A stretch of DNA of 64,000 nucleotides, from NCBI GenBank assembly GCA_963768055.1, contig CAVYGN010000002.1, forward strand, positions 1-64,000. Direction: 5' to 3'. The stretch is from an uncultured Spirochaetota bacterium. Lineage in GTDB: Bacteria > Spirochaetota > Brevinematia > Brevinematales > JAOACQ01. Both the position numbers and the translations under genes were made by a program. This document shows positions 10,229 through 22,190 of the stretch, piece after piece. Position 1 is the first letter of the stretch; the number at the start of each line of letters is the position of its first letter. The notes under the pieces are model-generated. The model made no database searches. It saw nothing but the letters and a program-made list of their open reading frames with translations, and was not told the origin of the DNA.

Positions 10229-10426
10229 AGTCGGTGTAATCTGTGAAATCTGCGGAAATATTTTCTTACCCTGCATAGAGTTATATGATTCGGAGGAGGG
10301 GAGATACGAATGCAGCGTAATTCCATACCCTGTATGGAATAACAAAACTTCGAAAAATTTTTACTAGTACCTGACTGGTGGAACAAAACACCGATTTTTT
10401 TGAAAATTCTGTAAATTGACTTCAAT
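10229..10426. repeat. att-like junction 1: degenerate tRNA-Ser 3' end with hairpin and type-A arm
   Basis: CGGAGGAGGGGAGATACGAA at 10291 (17/20 to 29819-29838); the following ~130 bp resembles 14395-14530 and 22820-22909. Confidence 0.85.
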
Positions 10427-10459
10427 ATAATACCGCCCGGCCTGCACTGACCTCCAGAA

Positions 10460-11391
10460 CTAATTGTTAGCTGCCAGAGGTGAGGGTTGTAATATATACC
10501 TGGTAGCGATTCCATGTAAAATTCCCGACTCATCAAACCACAATTTATCCAAGCAAATCGAACGCTCAAACCCGGTGCCGGGAAAATCCTTTTGATGGTA
10601 AAGTAGCCAGTATTCCCCATTTTTATTCTCAATAACACAGCATGAGCCCGGTCCATAAACATTGCTATTTTGAGAAATAATCGGATTTGCTTCATATTTT
10701 TTAAAAGGTCCTGCCGGGTTTGAGAAGTTGCGCAACCTATTGCATAATTCCTGAGATCGGCGTTATTTCCGGAATAAAGCAAATAGTATATATTATTCCG
10801 TTTGAAAATCCAGGGAGCCTCGTTCCTGGGAGAATCCCAGCCTTGATCGAAAGTCAAAAGCCTCTTAGGGGAACCTTTCAATGTAACCGGATTGCTCATC
10901 GGCTGGACATATATTTCAGTAAAATTAGAACTATAATAAAGATAGAAAGAACCGTCTGTATCCTGAAACATCTGTGCGTCCCCGGAGTTTTTTATTAAAA
11001 TTCCCAGATCTTTATATTCACCGTCCGGCGTACTTGAACTGGCCACGCCTATTTTGTAGTTCACGGTATAATAAAGGTAAAATGTTTTATCGGAGTGGCT
11101 ATAAAAGATATCAGGAGCCCAGAAATCTTTCTCGCTCCCCGGGCCGAAGATCCTGTTTCCCTTAGACCAGTTAACAAGGTCTTTAGATGTATAGATATAA
11201 TAACTCACATTATCGCCGGTTCCTGACATATAGTAAGTCCCATCATATAATAAAATGCAGGGATCGGCCAGGTTGAAAAGGACAGGATTTGTATATCTTC
11301 CGGAAATAGCCGCAGAATTTGCACCTTCCGGCTTTGCTGCGCATGAAGATAACACAACAAACAACAATATTATATACATTAAACTTCTCAT
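10460..11391 (-). pseudogene. GH43-family glycoside hydrolase lipoprotein, frameshifted near 10722
   Basis: ADP, WAPD and EAPW motifs; after GCATS the GH43 sequence continues as NPAGPF..GPG..YH in ORF 10460..10735. Confidence 0.8.
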
Positions 11392-11540
11392 CTGTAATTC
11401 TCCTAAAAAATTCTTAGATCAGTTTATTATATCAAAACCTAATAGGGATTTCAATGTCTAGGCTACCTGTAAATATTAAATATTACCAAGCGAGTAAAAA
11501 GGCAAAAAACCACAATTCGAAAGAAAAGTTCTCACTTCTC

Positions 11541-11660
11541 GCCAGTTGCCAGTAATCGACCTAACTCTATATAATTTACTGGCACATAGCTGGCAAAATT
11601 TATCAATTTACCGAGTATAGCTTTACGCAACTTTGCAATCAACTTTACTGGCACCTGGTG
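11541..11660. repeat. Type-A arm repeat (GCCAGTTGCCAGTA...TACTGGCAC..CTGGCAAAA)
   Basis: Matches 14194-14285, 17891-17948 and 29507-29600; no tRNA-end copy follows it. Confidence 0.8.
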
Positions 11661-11922
11661 GAAGTTTTTCATTGAAAATCGATTTTTTTGGTACAAGAAA
11701 ATGAGGATATCAAATAAATAATGTTACTAACTAATTATTATTAATAACTTATTGCAATTATATACCAACTAAGAAATTGGTTTAAAGTGTAGATCAGTTC
11801 CATAGTAAATTTTCCGGAAATTTACAATCGTCCGGTACAATATTCCTATTGCAAATCTGTAAAATTATTTTTATACTATGTAACTCATGTATCGGTTAAA
11901 TATATTTCAAGGAGATATTTTT

Positions 11923-12399
11923 ATGAAAAAATGCTATTTTTATATTATGTTTGTTATGCTCACAATCCCCTCTTTAACTTTTTCGGAGTCTTTGACGGAC
12001 CGTTTGATTGACGCGGCCTGGTTTGGGGAAACCTCTATAATTCAGGAATTAATCAAGGACGGCGCAGACGTCAATGCCAGGAATAATAAAAATGAGACGG
12101 CTTTGATGGCTGCGGCAGCCGGAGGCAGGCTTGACGCAGTTAAAGCTTTAATCAAGGCGGGGGCAGACGTCAAAGCTTTGCATACAGTTGATACGTATAG
12201 AACCGGACATACTGTTTTAATGGATGCCGCGTACGGCGGAAACGCAGGTGTGATTAACGCGTTAATAGAAGCAAAGGTCAATGTCAACGCCAGGAGAACA
12301 GACGGCTGGACGGTTTTGATGGAAGCGGTGGTCAATGGAAACGCTGACGCGGCTAAAGCTTTGATCGAGGCGGGGGCCGATATCAATAAAGAGGAATGA
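11923..12399 (+). CDS. Secreted ankyrin-repeat protein
   Basis: Signal peptide and 3-4 ankyrin repeats (GADVN, TALM/TVLM); ends abruptly at ADINKEE. Confidence 0.9.
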   Translation: MKKCYFYIMFVMLTIPSLTFSESLTDRLIDAAWFGETSIIQELIKDGADVNARNNKNETALMAAAAGGRLDAVKALIKAGADVKALHTVDTYRTGHTVLMDAAYGGNAGVINALIEAKVNVNARRTDGWTVLMEAVVNGNADAAKALIEAGADINKEE

Positions 12400-12489
12400 C
12401 GGCATGATCTTAAGGAAAACATTTAGAACTGGCAAGGTTCATAAGAAAAAATTAACCATTGTGCAATATATTAATTTTTGGAGGATTTT

Positions 12490-14049
12490 ATGCCCGGGTT
12501 TTTAAAGAATAAAATAATAATCGCGGAAATAGCGGCTATTTCATTTTTTATTATTATTAATATGATTATCTGTCTTTATCCTTACCATTACGGATTTTTC
12601 CGTGATGAACTTCTTTATATATCCCTCTCTGACCGCCTGAGCTGGTCTTATCTCGAAGTGCCTCCTATAGCCCCCCTGATCCTGGCCGGAGTCCGGTTTT
12701 TACTGGGAACCACTTACTTCTCCCTGCATATAATACCGGCGTTACTCAGTTCCATCGTCATCATGGTATCGGCTTTCATGGTAAAAAAAATGGGCGGAGG
12801 CATTTACGCGATGATACTCTGCCTTATCTGCGTAACCCTGGCCCCCGGATTTATTGGCGGAGTTGACCATTACGATTACAATACATTCGACAGGCTTTTC
12901 TGGACGCTTTCCATTTATATGGTTTTGCTTTTGCTTGTCTCTGGGGATAAAAAATACTGGCTGTATTTCGGCCTTTTTGCCGGGCTCGGCCTGATGTCAA
13001 AAATCACCATGCTTTACCTGGGTTTTTCGTTATTAATAGCTTTCCTGGCCCTTAAAGACCGGAAATTTCTTTTCGACAAGCGTTTCCTACTTGGCGGCCT
13101 GATCGCAGCGTTTATTTTTCTTCCCTTCATAATCTGGCAGGTTTATTATCATTTCCCGATCATAGATTACTTTAAAGGTTACGCGGGCAAGCTTAATCAA
13201 TCATCTCCTGTTCAATATATTTCGAACCAGATCGGCTCAATGAACCAGTATGCCTTCCCCGTCTGGCTGCTGGGATTAATTTATTTCCTGTTCGATAAGG
13301 AAGGCAAGAAATTCAGGGTCTTCGGGCTTACCTATTTTTTCCTCTGCGCTCTCTTTATTTTGCAAAACGCGAAGCCATACCTTATCAACCCATTTTATAC
13401 GGTGCTTTTCGCGGGGGGCTCTGTTTTCATAACACGGTTTATTGAGGAGTGTAAAATAAATTGGCTCAAACCTGCGGCCGCTGTCTTTACCGCAGTCATT
13501 ACAATATTTATTTTATGGAATGGAGTCAAAACGATACCATACTGCCGACCTGTCCTGACGCCGGAAAATTTTATTAAAATGACAGGCGGCCAAAAGTTTA
13601 CAGGCGATGAAAAGAGTGCCTCAGGATTGCTTCCCTCGGATTTCGCCGATTGTTTCGGGTGGGAGGAATTGACTGAAAATGTCGCCGGAGTATATCAAAA
13701 ATTGAGCGATTCGGATAAAAAGAAAGTTTGTATCCTGACCGTCAATTATGGAGAAGCCGGCGCCCTTCATTTTTACGGTCCGAAATACGGCCTGCCCGAA
13801 CCGGTCTGTTCCCATAATATCTGGTATATCTGGGGGCCCGGCAGTAATACTGGCGATGTGATGATCATTGTAGGCTATCCCAGTAATTTTTATAAGTCTT
13901 TTACTATCTTATTCGACCGAGTGGAAATTGCCAGGAAAACCGGAACAAAATACGCGATGTGGTATGAAAACGAAAGTGTGATTTTTCTTTGCAGGGGCTT
14001 GCATTGGCCTTTAAAGAAATGCTGGAGATATTTCAAGAATTTCAATTAA
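12490..14049 (+). CDS. GT39/ArnT-like membrane glycosyltransferase
   Basis: FFRDELLY, PPIAP and GLGLMSK motifs with multiple TM helices. Confidence 0.85.
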   Translation: MPGFLKNKIIIAEIAAISFFIIINMIICLYPYHYGFFRDELLYISLSDRLSWSYLEVPPIAPLILAGVRFLLGTTYFSLHIIPALLSSIVIMVSAFMVKKMGGGIYAMILCLICVTLAPGFIGGVDHYDYNTFDRLFWTLSIYMVLLLLVSGDKKYWLYFGLFAGLGLMSKITMLYLGFSLLIAFLALKDRKFLFDKRFLLGGLIAAFIFLPFIIWQVYYHFPIIDYFKGYAGKLNQSSPVQYISNQIGSMNQYAFPVWLLGLIYFLFDKEGKKFRVFGLTYFFLCALFILQNAKPYLINPFYTVLFAGGSVFITRFIEECKINWLKPAAAVFTAVITIFILWNGVKTIPYCRPVLTPENFIKMTGGQKFTGDEKSASGLLPSDFADCFGWEELTENVAGVYQKLSDSDKKKVCILTVNYGEAGALHFYGPKYGLPEPVCSHNIWYIWGPGSNTGDVMIIVGYPSNFYKSFTILFDRVEIARKTGTKYAMWYENESVIFLCRGLHWPLKKCWRYFKNFN

Positions 14050-14193
14050 GGGCCCTGGTGCCTGTCCTGGAGTCAGGCACCACGGTCCATTAGATTATCA
14101 TTTATTAATAACAAAATTAGTTTTTGGAACGCCTTAAATAATTTATTGGGTTAATAGTTAGAAAACAACTGTTTTGTCATTTTATCAAACAAT

Positions 14194-14530
14194 GCCAGTT
14201 GCCATATCAATTTACTGGCAAAAATATGTCAGTGTCAGTAAATCACGTAACTCTATATATTTTACTGGCATCTGGTTGGCAAAATTAATCAAATTAGCTA
14301 TTTTTTAGGATAAGCAGACTAGACTGGCTAGAATTAAAATCAGTATTTATCAGTATTCATCTGCGGATCGTAATTCCTTACCCTGTATATAATTCGGAGG
14401 AGGAGGGATCGGAATATCGCGTAATTCCCTATCCCGTATAGAATAACAAGACTTAGAAATTTTTTTACTGGCACCTGGCTGGCGGAACAAAACACCGATT
14501 TTTTTGAAAATTCGGATAATTGACTTCAAT
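14194..14530. repeat. att-like junction 2 (type-A arm, tRNA 3' copy at 14395, type-A arm)
   Basis: CGGAGGAGGAGGGAT exact 15-mer; ACTGGCA repeats on both sides. Confidence 0.88.
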
Positions 14531-14548
14531 GTTCTGAAGCATTATAAT
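14520..14548 (+). promoter_or_regulatory. Sigma70-type promoter, probably for a leaderless mRNA
   Basis: TTGACT-17 bp-TATAAT with ATG 6 nt downstream and no RBS. Confidence 0.65.
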
Positions 14549-14554
14549 ATTAAT

Positions 14555-14737
14555 ATGAAAGAGATACCTTTATCAAAAACAAACCCCTACCTTCAAAATA
14601 TCGACCAATATGAAAGATTGATCATTAATAATGTTATTACTTCCTCCGCGATTGAAATTGGAACAGTAAGTGCCAATATTATCAAAACATTGAATGAAAA
14701 GAACTCACCTAGGGTTATTTGCCTCCCCGATTATTAA
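14555..14737 (+). CDS. Putative Fic antitoxin (VbhA/FicA-like)
   Basis: 60 aa containing TSSAIEI, resembling the (S/T)xxxE(G/N) inhibitory motif; convergent with and overlapping fic. Confidence 0.5.
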   Translation: MKEIPLSKTNPYLQNIDQYERLIINNVITSSAIEIGTVSANIIKTLNEKNSPRVICLPDY

Positions 14738-15368
14738 CAGTTAAATCAAACACTTCTTTAAAAATTGATTCCATAAGCAAATAGTTTCTATCAAGCCCCA
14801 GATTTACAGCTTTGAAATATTCCTTCTTTTTTTCTTTTTTAATAAAACTAAAGTCCAATGGAGGATAACCTGCCTGAAGTGCCATCAGGGTAGATAATAA
14901 CCTGGCCACCCTTCCGTTCCCTTCCCTGAAAGGATGAATAAGTATCAATTCCACATGAGTTATAGAAATAGCGTTTATTACATTGCCGATATCATTGAAA
15001 TTACATGGAGTAAATTTGAATAGATACTCATTCTCAAATGCATCCATTAAATTTGGGATTTGGGCAGCTGCCGCGAAATTAAAATCCCCTTTGCTTAGAT
15101 TTACCTTCCTGAATTTTCCCGCCCAGGGGTAAATATTACCCAGCCATATTTTATGAATTTTAAAAATGTCACTTGTTTTAAAGCGATGGTTAGCTCCATA
15201 TGTATTAATAATTTCTTCTTCGGCTTGTTTTAAAGCCAGGGCTTCAATTCTATCCATTTCAGTTTTCTTTTTAATACCCAGCAGGTTTTTTAATACGCGA
15301 TTCCTTGAACCAGGCTCAAACTGCGCTTCAACTAATCCGGTTGTATCATATTTATTGTTCTGTTTCAA
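14715..15368 (-). CDS. Fic-domain AMP transferase
   Basis: Canonical HPFREGNGRVAR; VLKNLLGI and YPWAGKFR of class I Fic proteins. Confidence 0.93.
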   Translation of the reverse strand: MKQNNKYDTTGLVEAQFEPGSRNRVLKNLLGIKKKTEMDRIEALALKQAEEEIINTYGANHRFKTSDIFKIHKIWLGNIYPWAGKFRKVNLSKGDFNFAAAAQIPNLMDAFENEYLFKFTPCNFNDIGNVINAISITHVELILIHPFREGNGRVARLLSTLMALQAGYPPLDFSFIKKEKKKEYFKAVNLGLDRNYLLMESIFKEVFDLTVNNRGGK

Positions 15369-17841
15369 TTGAATCTCCTAATGATCCATTTACCTCATAT
15401 CCTATTGCTCTATAGCCTCTCAGCCTTTTGTCAAACATCCTTTTCAATACCGGCTCATTGATATCCGCGTAGTCATAAACTATCAATTCTTTTTTAGAAT
15501 GATGGTTTCTGTGCAGTCTTCCTACATATTGCTCCAGAGTCCCTCTCCAAGATACGGGCATTGCCAGAAAAAGAGTATCAAGCCTGGCATTATCAAAACC
15601 CTCTCCAATATATTTCCCTGTAGAAATAATAATTCTAGATTCATCATCGCTTAAATTCATAAGCATTTTCATTTTTTCTTCCAGCTTCTTTTTACCCATC
15701 CCGGCACGCAGTACGATTATATTTTTAACAATAGGGGTCAACTCTTTTTCGAAATAATCAACATGCTCTTTTCTCTCAGTAAGAAGGAGGGGAATTCTTT
15801 TATTTCCCAGTGCAGCAATTACATCATTAAGGATAATTTGGTTTCTATTCTGATCCTGAATCAGTTCCGAATAAATATCCTGAATGCTTTTATCTTTTTC
15901 ATTACTAAAAAATCCTGAAGAGGAACAAAAATCAGTGTATTTTGGTATAACAGTATGCTTTAAAACCTTTTGATCAGCTATATCCTTGTTTTGTATTTTA
16001 AATCGAATAGGCCCGCATTGCATAAATAAAATAGGCTGATGCCCGTCCTTTCGTATAGGCGTAGCTGTAAGGCCCAGCACATACTTTGCTCTAGCAGTCT
16101 TCATAACCTGTTCAAAGCTGAATGCTGAAATATGATGGCATTCATCAACTATGACAAGACCGTATTCGCTTACGATATCTTTGATTTTACCCTTACGGTT
16201 CAAAGTTTGAAGCATAGCTATATCGATAATTTTTGTCGATTTATCTTTACTGCCTCCGATCTGACCGATAGACTTATCGGGCAGTTCCAGAAACATTAAC
16301 AACCTTTGTTTCCATTGCTCCATTAATTGTTTTCGATGTACCAATATGAGGGTATTTACTTTTTTCTCTGCAATCAGGGCGGCTCCAACCACTGTTTTAC
16401 CGAATGCTGTTCCCGCGGATAAGATCCCTATTTCATAATCCAGTATTGAATTTAAAGCCTTTTCCTGGATTTGTCGGAGTTTCCCTTTGAAACTTGCTTC
16501 AATCGGTAAACCAGAGCATCTTTTATCCTCAACATTCAATTCTATATGGTTAGTTTTTAATAATTCTTTCAAGTCATCCAGGCAACCCCTGGGGATACCG
16601 ATATGGTTTGGATATTCTTCAGCTGAACTGATTATCCTTGGTTTACCGAACGTATTAAGACGCATTGCCTGGGTCCTGTAAAATTCAGGGTTTTGAAACG
16701 CTGCTAATTTACGGATCCTGTTAATCAGGAGGGAAGGAAGATTTCTTATATCAATAAAAATCATATTGGACAATACAATATCCAATTTGACCGGGAGATT
16801 ATCGCATTTCAAAGGTTCATTTAAAGCCGGAGAAGGGATTATATTCCACGGTTCCAGTTCTTCATCTTCAGTATGAGTTTGAATGCCAAAAGAAAATGCT
16901 TGCCGATAATTGTCTGAAACTATTTTGTTGACATTTGATTGTGACATTTTAACTATTCGGGAAAGGAAATCCCATTGATCCAGGAAAGGTTCTGCAGCTT
17001 CATTTATGAAAATACTGTTCCCTTCATTTCTTGGTTTTTGCTGAAGTGGCAGAGCTATCAGATTTCCAAAACCACCTTTTGGTATAGTGTCCTGGTATGG
17101 AAAGAACCGGTCATAAGATGATAAACTGATCTGGTAACGGTTATCCATTGTTCTTGTAAGAATAATAAAACCTAATTTTCTAGCTTGAAATGCAGGAATT
17201 TTTGTTTCAAAAAAAATCCAGATATGCCCTCCCTTGCCGGAACGGGAGCGCTCCAGATAAGCAGGGATATTCATATCCTTACAGGTATTCAAATATGCAA
17301 GAGCATCATCCATCCAATTAAGGTGGGCTTCTTTGTCGTCAAAATCGCAGGCAAGAAAGAAGCAATTTTCATCCCGAATCATCGGATAAACACCGATGGT
17401 TATTTTTCCAGACAAATGATCGGATATTGTTTGGTCAGCGATAGCAGCATATTTTTTATTTTCACATTCTCCGCATTTTATCATTGGTTTTTTGCAGAAT
17501 TTTCTATCCCATTCATTAGTACAAACCGGAGAATATCCCGATTTTCCCTTTTGTGACTCCCAACGGGCAGGATAAACATCTTCCCGTCCTTTAAAAAGAC
17601 TTCTGAATAACTTAATCTTTATTGTATTTGGAGAATTATGATTTACAACTTCTTTTAAGCCCTTTAAATTTAAATTCGTATTTTTTTCATCATAAGAATC
17701 ATTCGATACATGTAAATTATCAAGTGCTTGTTTTCCATTGACTGGTAACAAATTCTTAAGTCGATTGTTTTCTATATATAATCTTTTATTTTCTTGTTTC
17801 AAGGCTAGAATCTGATTCTTTAGATCTTCTAATTCCATCAT
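15352..17841 (-). CDS. AEP (TOTE-type) primase-like domain fused to an SF2 (ResIII-like) helicase
   Basis: N-terminal FKGREDVY, CxN/CxxC, DFD, ERSRSGKGGHIW and GNLIALP; C-terminal TAFGKT, DECHH, GLTAT and QYVGR. Confidence 0.85.
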   Translation of the reverse strand: MMELEDLKNQILALKQENKRLYIENNRLKNLLPVNGKQALDNLHVSNDSYDEKNTNLNLKGLKEVVNHNSPNTIKIKLFRSLFKGREDVYPARWESQKGKSGYSPVCTNEWDRKFCKKPMIKCGECENKKYAAIADQTISDHLSGKITIGVYPMIRDENCFFLACDFDDKEAHLNWMDDALAYLNTCKDMNIPAYLERSRSGKGGHIWIFFETKIPAFQARKLGFIILTRTMDNRYQISLSSYDRFFPYQDTIPKGGFGNLIALPLQQKPRNEGNSIFINEAAEPFLDQWDFLSRIVKMSQSNVNKIVSDNYRQAFSFGIQTHTEDEELEPWNIIPSPALNEPLKCDNLPVKLDIVLSNMIFIDIRNLPSLLINRIRKLAAFQNPEFYRTQAMRLNTFGKPRIISSAEEYPNHIGIPRGCLDDLKELLKTNHIELNVEDKRCSGLPIEASFKGKLRQIQEKALNSILDYEIGILSAGTAFGKTVVGAALIAEKKVNTLILVHRKQLMEQWKQRLLMFLELPDKSIGQIGGSKDKSTKIIDIAMLQTLNRKGKIKDIVSEYGLVIVDECHHISAFSFEQVMKTARAKYVLGLTATPIRKDGHQPILFMQCGPIRFKIQNKDIADQKVLKHTVIPKYTDFCSSSGFFSNEKDKSIQDIYSELIQDQNRNQIILNDVIAALGNKRIPLLLTERKEHVDYFEKELTPIVKNIIVLRAGMGKKKLEEKMKMLMNLSDDESRIIISTGKYIGEGFDNARLDTLFLAMPVSWRGTLEQYVGRLHRNHHSKKELIVYDYADINEPVLKRMFDKRLRGYRAIGYEVNGSLGDSIETEQ

Positions 17842-17890
17842 TAATAATCCCAATATAATATTGAATAAAATCAATCAAATCAATAAGATT

Positions 17891-18290
17891 GCCAGTTGCC
17901 AGTAAATCACCTATTTCATTATAATCTACTGGCACCTGACTGGCAAAAAATCGTTTTATTGGTTAGATTGGCTGGATTGGCTGAAATTTTGAAAAAGCGG
18001 CTTTTTCACCAAAATGAGCCAAACCAACCAAAAGAAATTTTTACAAAAATATTGATATGTTATTAACAGGAATAGAGATATGGAGATTAAGGAATTTCAG
18101 GGAAAAATCCATCTGCGAAATCTGCGGATCGTAAATCCTTATCCTGTATATAATTCGGAGGAGGAGGGATTCAGAAAACCCTAACCCTTCTGCTAATTCT
18201 TTATTCCACAATCAGATAGAAATTCATTATTTTACGATTTAACCAAAAATCCGTAATCAAACCGTAATCAAATCATAATCGCATAATTAT
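17891..18290. repeat. att-like junction 3 (type-A arm, tRNA 3' copy at 18156, type-B CGTAATCA arm)
   Basis: 17-bp exact match CGGAGGAGGAGGGATTC; CGTAATCA at 18252 and 18263, CATAATC at 18274. Confidence 0.88.
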
Positions 18291-18378
18291 CTTATTACAG
18301 GTATTGAAAATATACAACCATTATCATGATTTTAAGTATTTGAAATGATTATTTTGTAAAAATATTTTAAAAACCCCC

Positions 18379-18409
18379 TTGACTTGGAGTCCACTCCAGG
18401 TTGTATAAT
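18379..18409 (+). promoter_or_regulatory. MerR-type promoter/operator
   Basis: TTGACT-19 bp-TATAAT with the dyad TGGAGT-CC-ACTCCA in the spacer. Confidence 0.9.
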
Positions 18410-18444
18410 GTTTATATTCAAAAAATAGAAGTCGGAGGAAAACC

Positions 18445-20705
<2,261 letters not shown>

Positions 20706-20727
20706 CAAAGTAACAGGAGGTAAATCC

Positions 20728-21561
20728 ATGGCTATCAATGAAACAGCGAATAAAAACCATGAGGCGCTTTTTCCGAATCACAAATCAACATTAAAAGCGA
20801 CCGATCCGGAACTGATAGAGGTATTCGATAATTTTGCTTTTGATGAAGTGCTGGATTATGGCAACATGGATGCAAGAGCAAGGTTAATGATTATTCTGGG
20901 ATCAATGATCGCAAGCCAGGCATTAGGCGAATATAAAGTAATGCTTGGCGGTGCGCTGAATATGGGTGTAACGCCGGTTGAGGTTAAAGAAATAGTATAT
21001 CAAGCTGTGCCTTATGCCGGAATGGCAAAAGTATTTGATTTTATCCAGGCCACAAATGAAATACTGGAAAGCAGGGGGTTAAAGCTTCCGCTGGAAGGAC
21101 AATCGACAACAACACCTGAAACTCGGCTTGAAAAAGGATTGGAAGTGCAAAAATCCATTTTTGGGGAAATGATTGATAAGATGTACAAGGAATCGCCGGC
21201 TGATCAGATTCATATCCAGAAATATTTGTCAGCGAATTGTTTTGGTGATTATTATACAAGAAAGGGACTGGATATTAAAACAAGAGAACTTTTGACGTTT
21301 TCAATGATCTTATCCCTGGGAGGATGCGAGCCTCAGTTAAAAGGGCATATACAAGGCAATATGAATGTCGGAAATGATAAAGGAGTATTGCTTACTGCAA
21401 TTACCCAATTACTGCCATTTGTGGGATATCCGAGAGCACTCAACGCAATAAGATGTTTAAATGAAGTTTTTGTGCATCTTTCTATCGAGGTAAATCCCGA
21501 AAAGGGTCAGGCTACATGGCTTGACCCGGTATCTGACCAGGATTACGATAAATTGAAATAA
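20728..21561 (+). CDS. Carboxymuconolactone decarboxylase (double CMD) family protein with a cupin-like tail
   Basis: Two CMD repeats (FAFDEV; CFGDYYTRKGLD..RELLT; GYPRALNA). Confidence 0.88.
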   Translation: MAINETANKNHEALFPNHKSTLKATDPELIEVFDNFAFDEVLDYGNMDARARLMIILGSMIASQALGEYKVMLGGALNMGVTPVEVKEIVYQAVPYAGMAKVFDFIQATNEILESRGLKLPLEGQSTTTPETRLEKGLEVQKSIFGEMIDKMYKESPADQIHIQKYLSANCFGDYYTRKGLDIKTRELLTFSMILSLGGCEPQLKGHIQGNMNVGNDKGVLLTAITQLLPFVGYPRALNAIRCLNEVFVHLSIEVNPEKGQATWLDPVSDQDYDKLK

Positions 21562-21573
21562 GGAAGTATTTCT

Positions 21574-22167
21574 ATGGCTATAAACGACACGGAAAGAAAA
21601 AACGTGATAATTCTAGGTGCTGGCGGTCAAATTGCAAGTCATGCGATTGAAATGTTGGTAAAATTGGATAATATTAATCTGACCCTTTTTTTGCGAAATA
21701 AAAGCAGATTAAAGAAAAACAATATTTCCAAATGCCGTATCATCGAAGGCGACGTTCTTGATATCAATCAGCTCAAGGAGGCTATTAACGGACAGGATAT
21801 CGTATATGCAAATCTTTCAGGCGATTTGGAGGCGATGGCAAAAAACATCGTGAAAGCTATGGAAGATAAAGGAGTCAAAAAACTCATCTTCATAAGTTCT
21901 ATAGGTATTTATGATGTTCCTTTGCGACCAGTTTTAAAGCCTTACCGGAATGCTACTGATGTAATAGAATCATCTGATCTTGATTACACCATCCTGAGGC
22001 CGACCTGGTTTACAGGTGCTGATGAAGTGGATTATGAAATTACAGAAAAAGGCGAGCCGGAAAAAGGTTCAGAGATCTCTCAAAAAAGCCTGGCGACATT
22101 TATAGTTAAAATTATCGAATCTCCTGAAAATTATAAACGTAAAAACCTTGGCATAAGCAAACCATAG
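21574..22167 (+). CDS. NAD(P)-binding short-chain oxidoreductase
   Basis: ILGAGGQIA and LDYTILRPTW motifs. Confidence 0.88.
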   Translation: MAINDTERKNVIILGAGGQIASHAIEMLVKLDNINLTLFLRNKSRLKKNNISKCRIIEGDVLDINQLKEAINGQDIVYANLSGDLEAMAKNIVKAMEDKGVKKLIFISSIGIYDVPLRPVLKPYRNATDVIESSDLDYTILRPTWFTGADEVDYEITEKGEPEKGSEISQKSLATFIVKIIESPENYKRKNLGISKP

Positions 22168-22190
22168 ACTACTATATACGGAGGATACTT

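Noticed and set aside
10195..10459. C-terminal extension of the 398-aa GH43 ORF
   Set aside because: Out-of-frame read-through across the att junction after the frameshift.
9312..18000. Intact prophage
   Set aside because: Only a truncated repressor and a primase-helicase; no structural, packaging, lysis or integrase genes.
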